From assembly GCF_001194135.2 (NCBI RefSeq), contig NC_068982.1:105361251-105401919 (forward strand): a stretch of DNA of 40,669 nucleotides, written 5' to 3'. The DNA is from Octopus bimaculoides (Eukaryota). The notes beneath the pieces are model-generated. The model saw only the letters and a list, made by a program, of their open reading frames with translations, made no database searches and was not told where the DNA came from. This document shows, one piece after another, positions 36,353-40,669 of the stretch (position 1 is the stretch's first letter; each line of letters begins with the position of its first letter). Made by a program: the position numbers and the translations under genes.

Positions 36353-37244
36353 TATATGTATATATGTATGTGTGTATGTATGAGTGCATGAGAGTGTGAG
36401 TATGTGTATGCTTGTGTCTCTTTGTTTGATTGTCCTTCTTTCCCAATAATCTGCAAAAGCATGTCTGGCAATGAGAACGTATTACCTTGTTTGGAAATAG
36501 TTATGATTCAGCAACAAGTAGGTCATCTAGTGGTAGAAAATCTGTTCCAATAAACTTATTTTGACTCATGCAAGCATGGAAAAGTGAACGTTAAAATAAT
36601 GATGATAATGGTGGTGGTGATGGTGGTGGTGGTGGTTGTGGTGGTGGTGGTGATGATGATGAAATCCTTTGAAAAAATAGTCACGAGGATACATATATGA
36701 GATGCTACAGTGATATTTCACTCTTAATGTGAATAAATACTGGTAGAATGTTCTCATTAAAATGTTTATGAATATAGGCTTGACATAACAGATATAATGA
36801 TTATAGGCAGAAACAGAAAAATGTGTGTGTGAACATGCACAATAGTAGAAATCATTTGACCAGCAAATGACAATATAATGTAAAGGCGGAAAGAAAAAGA
36901 ATACTTAGATTGAGTTAATGAGAATCTTCAGCTACCACATGCAGACTATGATTTTAGATTTATTTATATCTGTGGTTAATGATGCACTTGCTTATATAAC
37001 TGACTGCCTAAGTATCACTCTAAAGAAGCTGGGTTTTTTGAAATCAGAAATGATGTAGCTATTTAAGAAATTACAATTAGAAGCTATTAATGGGACATTA
37101 GTGGAACTACAAAATTATGAAAAATATTCCAAGCATATCAATAAATATATGCATGTGTAAGTCAAAATATATACACCCACATACACAATGATTGCATGCA
37201 TACAAACCTACATGCATGTTTACGTGCATATATACATAATGCAT

Positions 37245-37792
37245 GTCTACCTACCTACCTACCTACCTACCTACCTACCTACCTACCTACCTACCTACCT
37301 ACCTACCTATCTACCTACCTACCTACCTGCCTATCCTACCTACCTGCCTACCTACCTACCTACCTACCTACCTATCTACCTACCTACCTACCTGCCTATC
37401 CTACCTACCTACCTACCTACCTACCTACCTTNNNNNNNNNNNNNNNNNNNNNNNNNNNNNNNNNNNNNNNNNNNNNNNNNNNNNNNNNNNNNNNNNNNNN
37501 NNNNNNNNNNNNNNNNNNNNNNNNNNNNNNNNNNNNNNNNNNNNNNNCCTACCTACCTGCCTACCTACCTACCTACCTACCTACCTACCTACCTGCCTAT
37601 CCTACCTACTTACCTACCTACCTACCTACCTACCTATCTACCTACCTACCTACCTACCTACCTACCTACCTACCTTCCAACCTACCTACCTGCCTATCCT
37701 ACCTACCTATCTACCTACCTACCTACCTGCCTATCCTACCTACCTACCTACCTACCTACCTACCTTCCAACCTACCTACCTACCTACTTACA
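37245..37792 (+). repeat. (CCTA)n satellite with recurrent variant units
   Basis: Seen directly; contains a gap. Confidence 0.95.
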
Positions 37793-37957
37793 TACATACA
37801 GACAGATAGACAGACATATATGTATACATACAAATGTACATTCATACAAATGTATATGCATATATACATACATAAATGCATACATACTGTCTCCCACTCT
37901 CATACACACAAGCAAATAAACACATACTAACACACATGTCTTTGTAAGTTGAAGCTG

Positions 37958-38106
37958 TGGTTACGGAGTTGTTAAATACATGAAACACATTCATGAATGT
38001 AAGTAAAAGGATTCCACAATGTTAGAAGTAATGGCGATCCTTTTATTTACATTCATATATGTGTTTCATGTATTTACCGAATTAACAACAAACAACTCCA
38101 TAACCA
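37958..38106. mobile_element. Foldback element (hairpin 1 of the cluster)
   Basis: 40-bp arms 37973-38012 and 38037-38076 with 3 mismatches, plus outer 16-bp arms 37958-37973 and 38091-38106. Confidence 0.75.
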
Positions 38107-38159
38107 AAGATCTCTGTTACTTCTAACAATGTGTATTCTCCTTGTTTGGTCATTTAATC

Positions 38160-38250
38160 TACCTAGTATAAGTGGCATGTAGTGTCTTCTACAATTGTAC
38201 TGGGCTGACAAATGAGTGGATTTAGTAGATAGAAACTGTGTTACAAATAT
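38160..38250 (+). mobile_element. Degenerate SINE family A fragment
   Basis: gtgtcttctac...gggctgacaaatgagtggatttagtagatagaaactg. Confidence 0.6.
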
Positions 38251-38292
38251 ACATACATACATGCATATATATATGTTAAAGTCTGTCATACC

Positions 38293-38332
38293 GGCCATGA
38301 CGAAGGGAAATAGCCCTGAAACTCGAGTCGCC
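38293..38332 (+). ncRNA. Minimal type I hammerhead-ribozyme-like motif (variant core)
   Basis: GGC-C(A)UGACGA-AGGG[aaauag]CCCU-GAAAC[UCGA]GUC-GCC: helix II of 4 bp, 2-bp helix III with palindromic tetraloop, GUC cleavage triplet, 3-bp helix I. Confidence 0.4.
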
Positions 38333-38574
38333 TTTATATATATATATTTATATTTATATATTTATATATTTGATCCTTTATATTGAACACTCAATATTTC
38401 ATCTACATTCAATACTTTCTTTCATGGTGCCATCCATTTTTATTTTATTTTATTTTATATTGTATATTGTATATCATATTATATATTGTATATTCCATAT
38501 TCTATACCCCACATTAGTTCTGCAGGAATATAAATAAAACATAAAAAACAGACAGTGTTGGAACTCTTTTAAGC

Positions 38575-38610
<36 letters not shown>

Positions 38611-38663
38611 GTACACTAATATCGAACAATGATAATGAGTGCACAACATCGCATTGGTGGATG

Positions 38664-38907
38664 AATATTCTTTATTTGTGTCTGTGGGTTAACAAGGCAA
38701 CCAATGGTTTCATGTGAAGAGAACCTCACAATCGTTCAAGCATACCACACAGTAGTGTTGATTCTCATTTCCATTTTGTATGAGAACATTCTCATCCAGA
38801 ATGAAGATGAGTACCAACACTTCCATGAGGCATGCTTAAACAATTGTGAAGATCACTTCACATAAAACCATTGCTTGACTTGTTAAACCAGAAATAAAGT
38901 AGATATT
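38664..38907. mobile_element. Foldback element (hairpin 2), centre 38787/38788
   Basis: ATGAGAA-ca-TTCTCAT core; arms about 80% complementary over about 120 bp. Confidence 0.75.
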
Positions 38908-38915
38908 GTTGTTGT

Positions 38916-39174
38916 TAAGTGGACAAATGAAAGAAAGCGGCACTCAATACATCTAGTAGGAGTTACATTATTATAATTAAAAACAGTTTGATATAGCCCG
39001 TTGTAACTTAAAATTTTTTAGGCTCATTACAGAAACCTAACTCATTGGGTTAGGTTCCTGTAATGAGTCTATGAAACTTTAAGTCACACGGAGCTGAATC
39101 AAACTGTTTTTAATTATAATAATGTAACTCCTACTAAATGTGTTGAGTGCCTCTTTCTTTCATTTGTCCACTTA
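38916..39174. mobile_element. TA-flanked foldback MITE (hairpin 3)
   Basis: Arms of about 126 bp, including a perfect 39-bp stretch (38954-38992 with 39098-39136); 7-nt loop; TA at both termini. Confidence 0.85.
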
Positions 39175-39313
39175 CTCATATGCATGTGTATGTGTGTGTG
39201 TGTGTATATATATATATACACACACATACATGCTCACATATATTTATACATATATTATGTACACACACTCACATATATATGTATGCATGCATGCATGTAT
39301 GCATATACATATG

Positions 39314-39346
<33 letters not shown>

Positions 39347-39705
39347 GGTGTATCTTGTGTGTACAAATAGATGTATAACTGCCACCTGCTACTCTGAAGT
39401 TTAGAGCTCCATGCAGATTATCTTCATCGAGTCTGCCTCCAGGATAGTGATTAAGCAAATACTATAATTAGTAGTATTACTAGTTATAATATTTGGAGCA
39501 AATGTAGATGAAATTTTGATAAACCCAAATTTATATCATTTGTTCCTATGTACGTTTCACCATTGTGGTTGTTTGGAACACTACATTGAATGTTCCAAGT
39601 GCAGCTAGATGTTTAAACACAATGCATCATCAGGGAATACTTTTATTGCCTTACATAACAGAGAACTAATATCTGGAGACAGATAGTTGGCAAGACACTT
39701 TATAT

Positions 39706-39989
39706 CAGGGATGGGCAACTTTTTCTCAACTGGGGGCTGCATCATACCATTTCCAAGAGGAAGAAGGCTGCATGATAAAACACATATGCATGAAATATTA
39801 CTTTACCGTTTTACACTGAATTTTTTGCAGTTCTTAATTTTATTTGTCTTCATATGAAAGTTTATTTGTCTCAGTATGAAATTTTATTTGTTTTAGTATG
39901 AAATTAGTAACCTAGAAACTCTTCAAGGGCCACACAACAACATGTTGAGGGCTGCATGCAGCCTGCGGGATGCAGATTGCCCATGCATG
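39706..39989. mobile_element. hAT (Charlie-like) non-autonomous element
   Basis: TIR CAGGGATGGGCAAC...GATTGCCCATGCATG; perfect 8-bp TSD CTTTATAT (39698-39705 and 39990-39997); three internal repeats of about 22 bp. Confidence 0.88.
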
Positions 39990-40066
39990 CTTTATATGTA
40001 TGTTAATGTTTGTGTTCATGTCTGTCTCTCCCACTATTACTTGACAATATACAAATACATGCATAT

Positions 40067-40150
<84 letters not shown>

Positions 40151-40173
40151 NNNNNNNNNNACACACACACACA

Positions 40174-40219
<46 letters not shown>

Positions 40220-40535
40220 CACTCTCTCACACACACACACACACACACAAACATATATGCATGCACACGAGCTTGCACATACACAGAGATATAACACATG
40301 CACGCAAACACCCTCAAAAAAAGACATATAATATGACTCAGTTGATGCTTTGGTTAGCTTGTGTTGGAATTGTCAATCTCTAATTCTGTTTAGACTGTCT
40401 TTCCTTTAATCTCTGTGGTTTTCTCAATAATTTAAGCACTGATAGAGATCTAGAGAAATAATGCCTGAAAGACCGAATATGTTATTCATAGACTTAACGC
40501 TTCATTACATGAGGAGAGTGAGTCAGCAGAATGTA

Positions 40536-40669
40536 TGCATGTATGTATGTATGTATGTATGTATGTATGTATGTATGTATGTATGTATGTATGTATGCAT
40601 GTATGTATGAATGTATATCTGTGTGTATGTATATGAGTATGTATGTATGTATGTATGTATGTATGTATG
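40536..40669 (+). repeat. (TATG)n microsatellite
   Basis: Seen directly. Confidence 0.95.

Overview
Repeat-saturated, AT-rich eukaryotic DNA with 11 N-gaps. The SINE families and microsatellite landscape point to an octopus (coleoid cephalopod) draft assembly; this is inference. I recognise no host protein-coding gene, and nearly all ORFs in the supplied track are microsatellite or gap artefacts. Supported content: two L1/Tx1-like LINE pieces, one of them nearly intact; an R4/Dong-like REL-endonuclease LINE fragment; several RTE fragments; a decayed Ty3/Gypsy gag-pol; a Penelope GIY-YIG fragment; a mariner with both TIRs; two hAT-type MITEs with 8-bp TSDs; and at least three tRNA-derived SINE families. 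The most unusual signals are (i) a minimal Penelope-type hammerhead-ribozyme-like motif with a one-base core insertion at 38293-38332, (ii) five mutually unrelated foldback palindromes, three of them around that motif within 1.2 kb, (iii) a 35-bp strand-asymmetric pri-miRNA-like hairpin at 14196-14283, and (iv) the same CpG-to-CpA-type change at catalytic Asp codons of two unrelated retroelements. All alignments and pairings were done by eye. SINE and RTE boundaries are approximate.
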